NCBI GenBank assembly: GCA_047150005.1
Contig: AP038806.1
Location: 2,080,001-2,144,000, forward strand
Length of the DNA: 64,000 bases
Reading direction: 5' to 3'
Origin: Nitrospira sp.
GTDB taxonomy: Bacteria > Nitrospirota > Nitrospiria > Nitrospirales > Nitrospiraceae
The position numbers were made by a program, and so were the translations under genes. Shown one piece after another: positions 37,027-46,352 of this stretch; the stretch's first letter is position 1; the number at the start of each line of letters is the position of its first letter. The notes below the pieces were generated by a model. The model ran no database searches. It worked only from the letters and a program-made list of their open reading frames with translations, and was not told where the DNA came from.

Positions 37027-37911
37027 TCACCGGCTGCGCCTGGCGCGAAGTTCCCGTAGGAAAGAAGGGCTGAGCGTGCCCCTGGCCACTTCGGCGACCG
37101 GTCCCTTCATCGTCAGGCTGAAATCCTTCGCCACCTGGATCGTGAGCGCGCCGCCCGGCATGTTGACGGTGACCGGCGAGCGTACGAGGCCCAGTCGGAC
37201 CGCGGCGGAAGCCGCGGCGCAGGAGGAGGAGCCGGACGCCTGCGTTTCTCCCGCGCCCCGTTCCCAAATCAGGATGAAGAGCTCGGCCGGACCGGTGGGA
37301 ACGGCCAGTTGCACGTTGGTCCGCCTGGGAAAGATCGCATGATTTTCAAGGGCAGGCCCCAGCGCCAGCAGATCTTCCCGCGACCAGGATTCGCCGGCAG
37401 GCCTGAAGACGACGCAATGAGGGTTCCCCACGCTGACTCCGGTGAAACGAAGCGAACGGCCGGCCGCGTCGATCGGCTCCCGGAGCAATTCGTCGGCGCT
37501 CAGCGTGCAGGGGAGCGCAGCCGGATTGAACGTCGCCCGGCCCATCTCGACAGTGGCAGATGCGGCGTCTCCGTGGCGGTCGAGATGTAAGGCGATGCTC
37601 ACCACACCGCCCTTGGTGTCCACCGTGAAGCGGGTTTTTTTCGTGCGGCCGGTTGCGTGCAGGTAGCGGGCGAAAATGCGGAGCCCGTTTCCGGACTTTT
37701 CCGCTTCGCTGCCGTCCGGATTGAAAATGCGAAGGCCGAAATCAGCCTGCTTCGTCGGAACAATGGCGAGAATGCCGTCGCTGCCGAGTCCCCAGTTACG
37801 GTCGCAGATCCGTTTGATCGAAGCAGGCGTCAAGAGGAACGTCAGTTCCTTGGGATCCATGACGAGGTAATCGTTCCCCAGGCCGTGTCCTCGAAAAAAT
37901 CCGTTCTGCAT
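37027..37911 (-). CDS. dapF: Diaminopimelate epimerase
   Basis: HGLGNDY, NPDGSEAEKSGNG, VGNPHCV and WERGAGETQASGSS motifs. Confidence 0.85.
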   Translation of the reverse strand: MQNGFFRGHGLGNDYLVMDPKELTFLLTPASIKRICDRNWGLGSDGILAIVPTKQADFGLRIFNPDGSEAEKSGNGLRIFARYLHATGRTKKTRFTVDTKGGVVSIALHLDRHGDAASATVEMGRATFNPAALPCTLSADELLREPIDAAGRSLRFTGVSVGNPHCVVFRPAGESWSREDLLALGPALENHAIFPRRTNVQLAVPTGPAELFILIWERGAGETQASGSSSCAAASAAVRLGLVRSPVTVNMPGGALTIQVAKDFSLTMKGPVAEVARGTLSPSFLRELRARRSR

Positions 37912-37981
37912 GTTCGTCGCTCCTCCGCAGCGGCGCCGGTCTCAAAGCGCGGGAAACAATACTTGGCGGCCGGTGAATTCG

Positions 37982-38404
37982 TCAATGGGGAGGCGCTGTC
38001 TCCGGCTTATACGATCCCACGCCGTTCGGACGCTCGATCAATTCGATCTCGTAGCCGTCCGGAGCGTCGATAAAGATGAACCGGCTGCCCGACGACGTGG
38101 TCGTAGGCCCGTCCGTGATCCGCACCCCCTTGGCGCCGAGCGCGGCGATCGTGTCTTCGAGATTGTCCACCTGGAAGGCGAGGTGGACGAGATCCTCCTG
38201 TACCTGCACGGGTCCGCTTGGCGGGAAGCTGGTCAGCTCGATCAGTTCGTCGCTGTTGGGCACCTGTAGAAAGGCCAGTTGCGATCCCCGGGGGGACGTC
38301 TTCCGTTCCAGCACCTTCAAGCCCAGTACCTCCACATAGAATCGAATGGTCCGGTCCAAATCGCTGACGCGCATTCTGGTATGGAGAAACTTGACGACGC
38401 GCAT
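37982..38404 (-). CDS. VOC/glyoxalase I-family protein
   Basis: LHTRMRVSDLDRTIRFY, HLAFQVD and APDGYEIELIE. Confidence 0.88.
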   Translation of the reverse strand: MRVVKFLHTRMRVSDLDRTIRFYVEVLGLKVLERKTSPRGSQLAFLQVPNSDELIELTSFPPSGPVQVQEDLVHLAFQVDNLEDTIAALGAKGVRITDGPTTTSSGSRFIFIDAPDGYEIELIERPNGVGSYKPETAPPH

Positions 38405-38414
38405 GTTCGTTCCT

Positions 38415-38888
38415 TTACTCCCGCATGATGGGTCCGGTGGTTTTTCTGAGGAGCACCTCGGCGGATCCGGGAATGAGCAGATCGGGGATCGCGCCGATCT
38501 CCTGATAGCCGTGCTTCCGGTAGAACCGGCGGGCCGGCTCGTTGAAGTCCGAGACGCAGATGAAGAGATTTTTGGCGCGGGCAAAGACCAGGGATTCGAC
38601 ATACGCCAGCAATCGGCCTCCGAGTCCCAGACCTCTGGCCGGTTCCGCCACGGCGAAGAGCTCCAGATAGTCGCCGAGAAGAAACTTCCGCCTGACGACG
38701 GCGATGCCGGCGGCGCTGCCGCCTTGTTCCGCCACGTAGCTGTCGCGGCCTTCCGGGAGGGGAGCGAAGTAGCGGTCCCACTCGGCGGCGGTGTGCCCCA
38801 ATCGCGTCCACGGATTGGACGCGAGCAGTAGACGGATGACGGGATCGCGGTCCTCCGGCCTCATGGGTCTGATGAGTGCGGGGTTCAT
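38415..38888 (-). CDS. GNAT-family acetyltransferase
   Basis: VAEPARGLGLGGRLL and NEPARRFYRKHGY motifs. Confidence 0.88.
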   Translation of the reverse strand: MNPALIRPMRPEDRDPVIRLLLASNPWTRLGHTAAEWDRYFAPLPEGRDSYVAEQGGSAAGIAVVRRKFLLGDYLELFAVAEPARGLGLGGRLLAYVESLVFARAKNLFICVSDFNEPARRFYRKHGYQEIGAIPDLLIPGSAEVLLRKTTGPIMRE

Positions 38889-39595
38889 GGACTCGGAGGT
38901 CGGCACGAGAGCACGTCGCTAACGGTCATCGGTGTCAGATGCCGTTGCGGCAACATCCGCTCGTACAGGCGGGTGACCACTTCATAGGTATGCGCGCCCT
39001 TGCCGTTCGCGTGCATCACGATGATGCTTCCGTGCTTGGTGAGATGCGAAAGACGGCGTTCGATCTGGTCCGCTGACAGGGTCGGGTCCGGGTCGCCTGA
39101 AACCACGCTCCAAAGAATGAACCGGAGCCCCAGCGCCTTCACGAGGTCCACGGTCTCTGCGTCGTATTCACCATAGGGCGGCCGAAAGAGCGGGGCTTGG
39201 CGGTCGTATTTCGTCTTCAACAGCGTGACCGGACCGAGAATCTCGTGTTTCTGGGCCTCCGACGATCGCGTCGGGAGATGGGCATGGACCTGGCCGTGAG
39301 TCCCGACTTCGAAAAACGGCACCGCGAGCAGCTCCTTGACCCGGTCCTCGTGTTTCGCCATCCAGGTGCCGGACATAAAAAATGTGGCGGCGATGCGATG
39401 TTCGAGCAGATAGTCGATCAACCGTTGGTCGTAGCCGCTGCCGCCGCGCACCGGACAGAGGTCGAAGGTCAGTGCGACTCCCGGACAGGACGCCGGCCCA
39501 GAGGTGACGACCTGCGCGAAGGCGGACGTGCCGCCAGTGGAAAACACCAGCGCCGAAACCAGGACGAAGCGGATGCGTGCGGCAAGCTTCGACAT
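38885..39595 (-). CDS. Secreted polysaccharide deacetylase (NodB domain)
   Basis: Signal peptide. VALTFD, ATFF, GTHGQVH, FRPPYG and IIVMH motifs. Confidence 0.88.
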   Translation of the reverse strand: MSKLAARIRFVLVSALVFSTGGTSAFAQVVTSGPASCPGVALTFDLCPVRGGSGYDQRLIDYLLEHRIAATFFMSGTWMAKHEDRVKELLAVPFFEVGTHGQVHAHLPTRSSEAQKHEILGPVTLLKTKYDRQAPLFRPPYGEYDAETVDLVKALGLRFILWSVVSGDPDPTLSADQIERRLSHLTKHGSIIVMHANGKGAHTYEVVTRLYERMLPQRHLTPMTVSDVLSCRPPSP

Positions 39596-39660
39596 GTTTG
39601 TCAGTATACCCGAACAACCGAGAGTTGACGCCGGAATTCTCCCGCTGTTACCGTGACGGC

Positions 39661-40812
39661 ATGTCTATGCCTGCCTTCGAAATCGGCCGCGCCCTCGGTA
39701 TCCCGATCCGTGTCCACATGTCGTGGTTTCTGGTCTTCGTGTTCGTGAGCTGGACGCTGGCGACCGGTTATCTGCCCGAGGCCTTGCCAGGCCTTTCCGA
39801 TCAACGGTATTGGGGCATGGGCGCGACCGCCGCGCTCCTGTTGTTCCTCTCCGTACTCCTGCACGAGCTCGGCCATTCGTACGTGGCCCAGCGGTACCAT
39901 ATTCCGATCGGGCAGATTACGTTATTTATCTTCGGCGGTGTCGCGCACATGGGCAAAGAGCCGCCGAGCCCGCGGGCGGAATTTCTCATCGCCATTGCCG
40001 GCCCGGTCGTCAGCCTCGTGTTGGGCCTGTTGTGCCTCGGAGGCACGATCCTCGCGGAGTCGGTGCTCCATCTTTCCGGCACGCAGGGATTTGTCGTGCT
40101 CGGAGGATTGCTGGGCATCGTCAACGTCAACTTGGGGCTGTTCAATCTCATCCCCGGTTTTCCCCTGGACGGAGGGCGGGTGCTGCGCGCCGGCCTGTGG
40201 GCGTGGGGAAAAAACTTCCACCGGGCAACCGGACAGGCCGCCACGGTCGGATTTCTGTTCGGAATCGTTCTTGCCGGATTCGGCGCGTTGCTCATCGGAG
40301 GAACTATCGCCGGCGCCCTGGATCCCTCTCTGGCCGGCAACGGCGGTTGGCTCTTGTTCATCGGTGCGTTTCTGTCCGGCGCGGCCTGGAGCGCGCGCCG
40401 CCAGGTCGGACTCCGCATCGTACTCGACACGACCACGGTTCGAGACGTGATGATCCGCAACGTTGTGTCGATCTCTCCAACCCTCTCCGTGCAGCGGGCC
40501 GTGGACGACTTTTTCGTCGCCTACGGATTCAGCGGATTTCCCGTGACGGAAGACGACCGGATCGCCGGCATCGTGACGGCGGATGACGTGCAGGCCATCC
40601 CACAGGCGCTGTGGGCCTGGAAAACCGTCCGCGACATCATGCGTCCCTCGACCGAGGCGCTCTTCATTCCGGCCGACTGGTCGGTCAGGCAGGCACTGGA
40701 CCGGATGATTCAGGAAGGCTGGGATCGACTGGTCGTGACGGAGGAAGACAAGCCGGTGGGGCTGATTACGCGGTCCGCCGTAGCGCGGTTCCTGCAACTG
40801 CGAAAAGCGTGA
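39661..40812 (+). CDS. Site-2 protease (M50) with CBS pair
   Basis: HELGH, IAGP and FNLIPGFPLDGGR motifs, followed by two CBS repeats. Confidence 0.92.
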   Translation: MSMPAFEIGRALGIPIRVHMSWFLVFVFVSWTLATGYLPEALPGLSDQRYWGMGATAALLLFLSVLLHELGHSYVAQRYHIPIGQITLFIFGGVAHMGKEPPSPRAEFLIAIAGPVVSLVLGLLCLGGTILAESVLHLSGTQGFVVLGGLLGIVNVNLGLFNLIPGFPLDGGRVLRAGLWAWGKNFHRATGQAATVGFLFGIVLAGFGALLIGGTIAGALDPSLAGNGGWLLFIGAFLSGAAWSARRQVGLRIVLDTTTVRDVMIRNVVSISPTLSVQRAVDDFFVAYGFSGFPVTEDDRIAGIVTADDVQAIPQALWAWKTVRDIMRPSTEALFIPADWSVRQALDRMIQEGWDRLVVTEEDKPVGLITRSAVARFLQLRKA

Positions 40813-40867
40813 AGCGTCGTTCGTATCTCGTCGCTCGCGAGGTCCACTTCACGAGATACGCTTCACA
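40808..40867. repeat. Inverted heptamer array between convergent genes
   Basis: CGTGAAG CGTCGTT CGTATCT CGTCGCT ... CTTCACG AGATACG CTTCACA. Confidence 0.8.
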
Positions 40868-40870
40868 GAC

Positions 40871-42229
40871 TTATTCCGCCCGGGCGGCCGAGATGTTCTG
40901 CGCGATCGCGATGCGGATGAGGTGGACGACGAGGAGAAATCCGTAGACGACGCAGAAGAACTTGAACGTCACCCGATAGAAATCCATCAACAGGACCGGA
41001 AGACAGAGCGCAAAGAGCAGGCTGGCGATCAACGTGGCGAACGTGAGCCGGCGGCAGAATTCATAGGATGCTTCCTTCCCGATCGGTCTCAAGGCCTTCG
41101 CGTAACGCTCCGCGCGCTGAAGACGGGCGTCGTTCAAGGCTTCGTTGCTCGGCCCCCAATACCGAAGACGGAAATATCCAAACGTGACAAGGGCCCAGGG
41201 CAGGGCCCACAGCGGCCAGTAGGCGGAGCCCTGATAGAGATCGCTGCTCAACAGCGTCGCGAACGACGGAGCATAAATCAGCCCCAGGATGAGCGGCAGA
41301 ATCCGTTCGTCCCGCGGCGGCTCCCCGTGCGGACCGCCATGGATGAGTTCGCGCTCGAACAGCGGATATCCGTACTTCAGGACGACCAAAGCAATGGCTG
41401 CACTCATGGTTTTGTCCGGCACGTAGCGGACCCAGTTCTGAAACCAGTTCACGATCCACCAACTGATGCTTTCCGCCCACGTCAGGCCCAAGAGCGATTC
41501 AATGTATTCGTGCGCCATCTGCTCCCATTGCAGGACCCTCGCGCTGAGCGTTTCAGCGACCTCGGGATTGAGGGAAAACACCGAATGTTCCTGGAGCGCC
41601 GCCTGTACGAACGTGCCGGGCAAACTCATGACGACCGCGCCGCCGACGCCGAAGATAAAGAGAAACCACGCGTGAGACAGCGCGGAGCTTTTCCCGGTTC
41701 GGAGGTATTTGCGAAAGCCCGCCCGCCTCGCCATCCAGCCCCAATAGAACGCGCCGGTCATGCTCACCAGCGACCAGGGGAAGATCACGACGTCCGCACC
41801 GGCTTCCGGATAGAGCAGCCAGTTGACGATCGAATTCGACATGAGTGCCGCAATGGCACCCCACCAGGGCCCGAGGAGAAACGCGACCAGCGCCGTCCCG
41901 GTCATGTCGAGGAAGAGGATACTCTCCAGATGGCGGCTCAGGGTGAGTCCGACGTAGTTCAGCAGAAGTCCAGCGGCCACGATGACGCCGGTCTCGTACA
42001 TCAGCAGGTAGGAGGTGCCTCGGAGCGGTTTGGCCGAAAAGAAGTCGATCGCTGGCGCGGCTTGGGGCCAGGATTTTTCGGCGGGTGAGAGAGCGTTTTT
42101 AGACTCTTTGCCGGTCTTCAGACGGTTCTGGATATCCAGAAGTTTCTCCATCAGGGTCAGCATTGCCACTACGAAGCCCGCGATGGTGCCTCCCAGCATC
42201 ATGAATTCTTTCCCGAAGTCCTCGGACAT
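40871..42229 (-). CDS. Hypothetical membrane protein with an ECF S-component-like region
   Basis: LFLDMTGTALVAFLLGPWWGAIAAL and PDK motifs. Many hydrophobic segments. Confidence 0.6.
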   Translation of the reverse strand: MSEDFGKEFMMLGGTIAGFVVAMLTLMEKLLDIQNRLKTGKESKNALSPAEKSWPQAAPAIDFFSAKPLRGTSYLLMYETGVIVAAGLLLNYVGLTLSRHLESILFLDMTGTALVAFLLGPWWGAIAALMSNSIVNWLLYPEAGADVVIFPWSLVSMTGAFYWGWMARRAGFRKYLRTGKSSALSHAWFLFIFGVGGAVVMSLPGTFVQAALQEHSVFSLNPEVAETLSARVLQWEQMAHEYIESLLGLTWAESISWWIVNWFQNWVRYVPDKTMSAAIALVVLKYGYPLFERELIHGGPHGEPPRDERILPLILGLIYAPSFATLLSSDLYQGSAYWPLWALPWALVTFGYFRLRYWGPSNEALNDARLQRAERYAKALRPIGKEASYEFCRRLTFATLIASLLFALCLPVLLMDFYRVTFKFFCVVYGFLLVVHLIRIAIAQNISAARAE

Positions 42230-42326
42230 GCGGAATTCCCCCCGTTGTGTGGATCATTCTAGCCAGGAAGCAGACCCCTCGCCAGAAAAAGCCCACAAGC
42301 CGACAGAGGGCGCGATTGGACGGGCG

Positions 42327-43187
42327 TCAGATTGCAGACGTCGGTGAATTGGCGGCGGCAGTTCCGGTCGTTTGAAGCCGCGGCTGCAGTGAACGAGTGA
42401 CGACGGCTCCGAACAGGAAGAGACCGGCCGAATAGTACAGCCACAGCAACAGCAAGACGACTTCCAGCAGGGAGCCGTACAGGTCCGTGTACACCGTGGC
42501 ATAGTCCCGGTACGTGATGAAGAGCAGCTTGGCGGCGACCCAGAGCAGGCTGAAGGTCAGTGCGCCGATCATGGCCTCACGCCAGGCAGGGCGGCGGCGC
42601 GGGACGTAGCGATACAGCGCGGTCACTGTGAGAAAAGCCAGGACGAAGGGCAGCGTGTAGGTGAGGAAGAAGTCATGCGCCGCCAAGGCCAGAAAATCCA
42701 GGCCCCACAGGTGCGGCGCGTATGCGACCAGGATGTTCACCGACTGGGTCGCCACGTAGGACACGATCAGCAGCAGGCCGACGACGCCGAGCAAGGTCAC
42801 GGAGATGACGATGGAAATGAGCGGATGGCGTTGTGTCGTACTGTCGAAGACGACGTTGAGCGTGTAGTCGAGCTCGTAGAAAACCAGCGTACCGAACCAC
42901 GCGAAGGACAGGAAGACCAACCAACGCACGGTTTCCGTCTCGGCCACCCGCTGCAACTCTTCCGCCAACCGTGCTCCAAGAATGGGCAGGAAGCCCTTGA
43001 GAAAACTCAGAAGCACCTGGCCTCCGATCACATCGTGGCTCACGACGAAGCTCACGCCGTAGAGCAGCAGGAAGACGAGCGGGAACAGAGAGAGGAGCGA
43101 AAAAAACGCCAGGGATGCGGCAAGGCTGCCGCACCCGTGGCGGAGAAACGACCGTATCAGACTGCCCAGCAGGCGCCAGATTTCCAT
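42327..43187 (-). CDS. YihY/virulence factor BrkB-family membrane protein
   Basis: LAASLAFFSLLSLFP, LYRYVP and YGSL...LLLWLY motifs. Confidence 0.88.
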   Translation of the reverse strand: MEIWRLLGSLIRSFLRHGCGSLAASLAFFSLLSLFPLVFLLLYGVSFVVSHDVIGGQVLLSFLKGFLPILGARLAEELQRVAETETVRWLVFLSFAWFGTLVFYELDYTLNVVFDSTTQRHPLISIVISVTLLGVVGLLLIVSYVATQSVNILVAYAPHLWGLDFLALAAHDFFLTYTLPFVLAFLTVTALYRYVPRRRPAWREAMIGALTFSLLWVAAKLLFITYRDYATVYTDLYGSLLEVVLLLLWLYYSAGLFLFGAVVTRSLQPRLQTTGTAAANSPTSAI

Positions 43188-43265
43188 GACGGACTCGCAG
43201 ACGTGAGGGATCGATTCACACTAGCACGAGCGGGCGTCCTTGCACGAATGGAATCTCGCGGGCGC

Positions 43266-44753
43266 CTACTTGAGGGAAAGGACGGATTGCAGCGCCAGGC
43301 TCGCGAGCGTGCTGGGGAAGAGCCCGAAGAAGATGACGCCCGCCGCAGCGCAGGCCAGGACGATCGACAACGCCGGAGAGGGAAGCAGCCTGGGAGCCTC
43401 GGCGGTCGTGGGTTCCGGCTCGCGCATGTACATGACCATCACCACCCGCATGTAATAGTAGGCGGACACGGCGGCGAAAATCACGGCCACGACGGCGAGC
43501 CAGGTCAATCCCGCCTCCACGGCCGCCATGAAGACGTAGAACTTTCCGATGAACCCGGCCGTCGGCGGAATACCGGCGAGAGAGACCATGAAGACGAGCA
43601 TCAGAAACCCCGCAAGCGGCTGGCGTTTGGCCAGACCCGCGAAGTCCTCGATGTTTTCGCCCTCGAGGCCTCCCCGGCGGAACAGGCCGATCATCGCGAA
43701 GGCCCCGAGCGTCATGAAGGCGTAGACGACGAGATACAACATGACGGCGGCGAGCCCAGAGGCGCCGCCGGACTCGCCGGCTCCGCGCGCGGCCGCAACC
43801 ACGCCGATCAGCGCATAGCCCGCATGCGCGATACTGGAGTAGGCCAGCATGCGTTTGATGTTGGTCTGGACGATGGCGACGACGTTGCCGAGGATGAGCG
43901 TGGCGAGACAGAGGATCACGAACAGGCCGGACCAATCGGCCTTCAGTCCGCCGAGGCCCTCGACGAAGACCCGGAGGAACGCGGCGAAGCTTGCGGCCTT
44001 TGAGGCGACCGCCATGAAGGCGGTCACTGAGGTCGGGGCCCCCTGATAGACGTCCGGCGTCCACATGTGGAACGGCACCACGGCCAACTTGAAGCCGAAG
44101 CCGACGGTGAGCAGCACGGTCGCGATCATGAGCAACGGATCCTCGAATCCTCTGGTTCCGATCGCGCCGGCAATGGTCGCCAGTTTGGTGCCGCCGGTCG
44201 CTCCATACAGCAGGGAAATGCCGTACAGCAGCAGTCCCGAGGAGAACGCGCCCAGGACGAAGTACTTGGCCGAGGCCTCCAACGAGCGGGGCGACGAACG
44301 CTTGAGTCCCGCCATCACGTAGAGCGACAGCGACATCAACTCTGTTCCCAGATAGATGGTCAGGAGATCGGCGCCTGATACCATCACCAGCATGCCGGAC
44401 AGGGACAGCAGCATGAAGCCGTAGTATTCCCCGAGTTGGAGCCGCTCGATTTTCAAATAGGGCATCGACATGAGGATGGTCAGTCCCGTCACGACGTACA
44501 GCAGCAGCTTCCAGAATCGGGCATAGGCGTCCACAACGACCAGATCGTTGAAGGCGAAGACGCGCAGGTTCAGCATGCCGATCTGTCCGCCCGTCAACCC
44601 GATACAGAGGGCCAGCGCGCCCAAACCGATCCAGGCGAGCCATTCCTTCTTCGGAGCCCCTGTCAGCGGATCGAGCACCAGGATGAGGCAGGCCGCCCCG
44701 ATCACGATGAGTTCCGGAAGGATGACGAGCAGATCCGGACCGAACGAGGTCAT
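43266..44753 (-). CDS. nuoN: NADH-quinone oxidoreductase subunit N
   Basis: EASAKYFVLGA, FKLAVVPFHMWTPDVYQG and IKRMLAYSSIAH. Confidence 0.95.
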   Translation of the reverse strand: MTSFGPDLLVILPELIVIGAACLILVLDPLTGAPKKEWLAWIGLGALALCIGLTGGQIGMLNLRVFAFNDLVVVDAYARFWKLLLYVVTGLTILMSMPYLKIERLQLGEYYGFMLLSLSGMLVMVSGADLLTIYLGTELMSLSLYVMAGLKRSSPRSLEASAKYFVLGAFSSGLLLYGISLLYGATGGTKLATIAGAIGTRGFEDPLLMIATVLLTVGFGFKLAVVPFHMWTPDVYQGAPTSVTAFMAVASKAASFAAFLRVFVEGLGGLKADWSGLFVILCLATLILGNVVAIVQTNIKRMLAYSSIAHAGYALIGVVAAARGAGESGGASGLAAVMLYLVVYAFMTLGAFAMIGLFRRGGLEGENIEDFAGLAKRQPLAGFLMLVFMVSLAGIPPTAGFIGKFYVFMAAVEAGLTWLAVVAVIFAAVSAYYYMRVVMVMYMREPEPTTAEAPRLLPSPALSIVLACAAAGVIFFGLFPSTLASLALQSVLSLK

Positions 44754-46309
44754 CGTACACGGCCCTCCCCTGTTCGAAGATCCGCGGTGGTGACCTGCGC
44801 AGGCGTTGGCGCCGAGGCGGAGGGATGCGTCGCCGGGGCAACCTTCGTCCGCGCCATCATGTCCAAGGTTTTCGTCACGCTCGCGTGCATGCGGCTGGCG
44901 AGGGGATTCGGGTAGACGCCGATCCAGAAGACCAGCACCACCAACGGTGCGAGAATGGCAAACTCGCGCCGATTCAGATCGGTGAGCTTCGGCAGTTGCG
45001 CCGGCGACGGGACGCCGAAGGCAACGCGCTGTACCATCCAGAGCATATAGACGGCCGCGAGGATGATGCCGAGGGCTGCCATCACCGTCGCGGCCTTGCT
45101 CCAGAGCACCGTGCCGATCAGCACGAGGAATTCCCCGACGAAGCTGTTGGTCCCGGGCAGGCCGAGCGACGAGAGCGAAAAGATCACGAGCAGCGTCGCG
45201 TATCGCGGCATCGGTTTGGCCAGACCGACGTTGTCGGCGATCAGCCGGCTGTGGGTCCGTTCGTAGATGATGCCGACGCAGAGGAACAGGGCGCCCGTGG
45301 TGATGCCGTGGTTGACCATCTGCAGAACGGCCCCTTCGATACCCTGCTGGTTCAGCACAAAGATCCCGAGCGTGACGAATCCCATGTGGCTGACGCTGGA
45401 GTAGGCGATCAGCTTCTTGAGATCGGCCTGCGCGAGCGCCATATAGGCGCCGTAGATGATCGCGACGATCGACAGCAGCACCATCACCGGCGTCATGTCG
45501 CGGGAGGCATCGGGCAGCATCGGGAGGCTGAACCGGAGAAATCCATACGTGCCCATCTTCAGCAGCACGCTCGCGAGGATGACGCTGCCCGCCGTCGGCG
45601 CTTCCACATGGGCGTCGGGCAGCCAGGTGTGGAACGGGAACATCGGCACCTTCACCGCAAAGGCGGCGAAGAACGCGAGGAAGAGCCAGACCTGAAGCGA
45701 GGCCGGATAGGTCACCTGACTGAGGGCAAGGATGTCGAAGGTCCGTCCGCCGTAGAAATACAGGACGAGGATGGCGACGAGGAGCAGCAGGCTGCCCGCC
45801 AGCGTGTAGAGGAAGAATTTGATGGCGGCATACAGGCGATTGGGGCCGCCCCACACGCCGATCAGCAAGTACATCGGAATCAGCATGGCCTCCCAAAACA
45901 CGTAGAACAGCACGAAGTCCAGCGCGGCGAAGACGCCGATCATCGCGGTCTCCATGAGCAGCAGCGTGGCCATGAAGCTGCGGACCCGCATGGTGACGGA
46001 CGTCCAGGAAACCAGGACGCAGAGGGGCATCAGCGCGGCGGTCATGAGGACCAGCGGAAGGCTGATGCCGTCGAGGCCGAGGCTGTAGTGAATCGGAGGA
46101 GTCGTAATCCAGGCGACGTGTTCGACGAACTGCATCTGGCTCGACTGCAGATCGAAACGCCACCAGAGCGGCAGCGCCACCGCGAAATCCGCCAGCGTGG
46201 TCCCCAGCGCGACCCACTTCACGCTCTCGTCCTTGACCAGACAGAGCGCGGCGGCTCCGGCCAGGGGCAGGAATATCAGGAAGGTGAGCCAGGGGAAATC
46301 AGCCGTCAT
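44750..46309 (-). CDS. nuoM: NADH-quinone oxidoreductase subunit M
   Basis: FYVFWEAMLIPM and VKVPMFPFHTWLPDAHVEAP. Confidence 0.95.
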   Translation of the reverse strand: MTADFPWLTFLIFLPLAGAAALCLVKDESVKWVALGTTLADFAVALPLWWRFDLQSSQMQFVEHVAWITTPPIHYSLGLDGISLPLVLMTAALMPLCVLVSWTSVTMRVRSFMATLLLMETAMIGVFAALDFVLFYVFWEAMLIPMYLLIGVWGGPNRLYAAIKFFLYTLAGSLLLLVAILVLYFYGGRTFDILALSQVTYPASLQVWLFLAFFAAFAVKVPMFPFHTWLPDAHVEAPTAGSVILASVLLKMGTYGFLRFSLPMLPDASRDMTPVMVLLSIVAIIYGAYMALAQADLKKLIAYSSVSHMGFVTLGIFVLNQQGIEGAVLQMVNHGITTGALFLCVGIIYERTHSRLIADNVGLAKPMPRYATLLVIFSLSSLGLPGTNSFVGEFLVLIGTVLWSKAATVMAALGIILAAVYMLWMVQRVAFGVPSPAQLPKLTDLNRREFAILAPLVVLVFWIGVYPNPLASRMHASVTKTLDMMARTKVAPATHPSASAPTPAQVTTADLRTGEGRVR

Positions 46310-46352
46310 GAGTCATGCGCCGCCGAAGCCTTGATGATCGGCTGCCGTCCTC

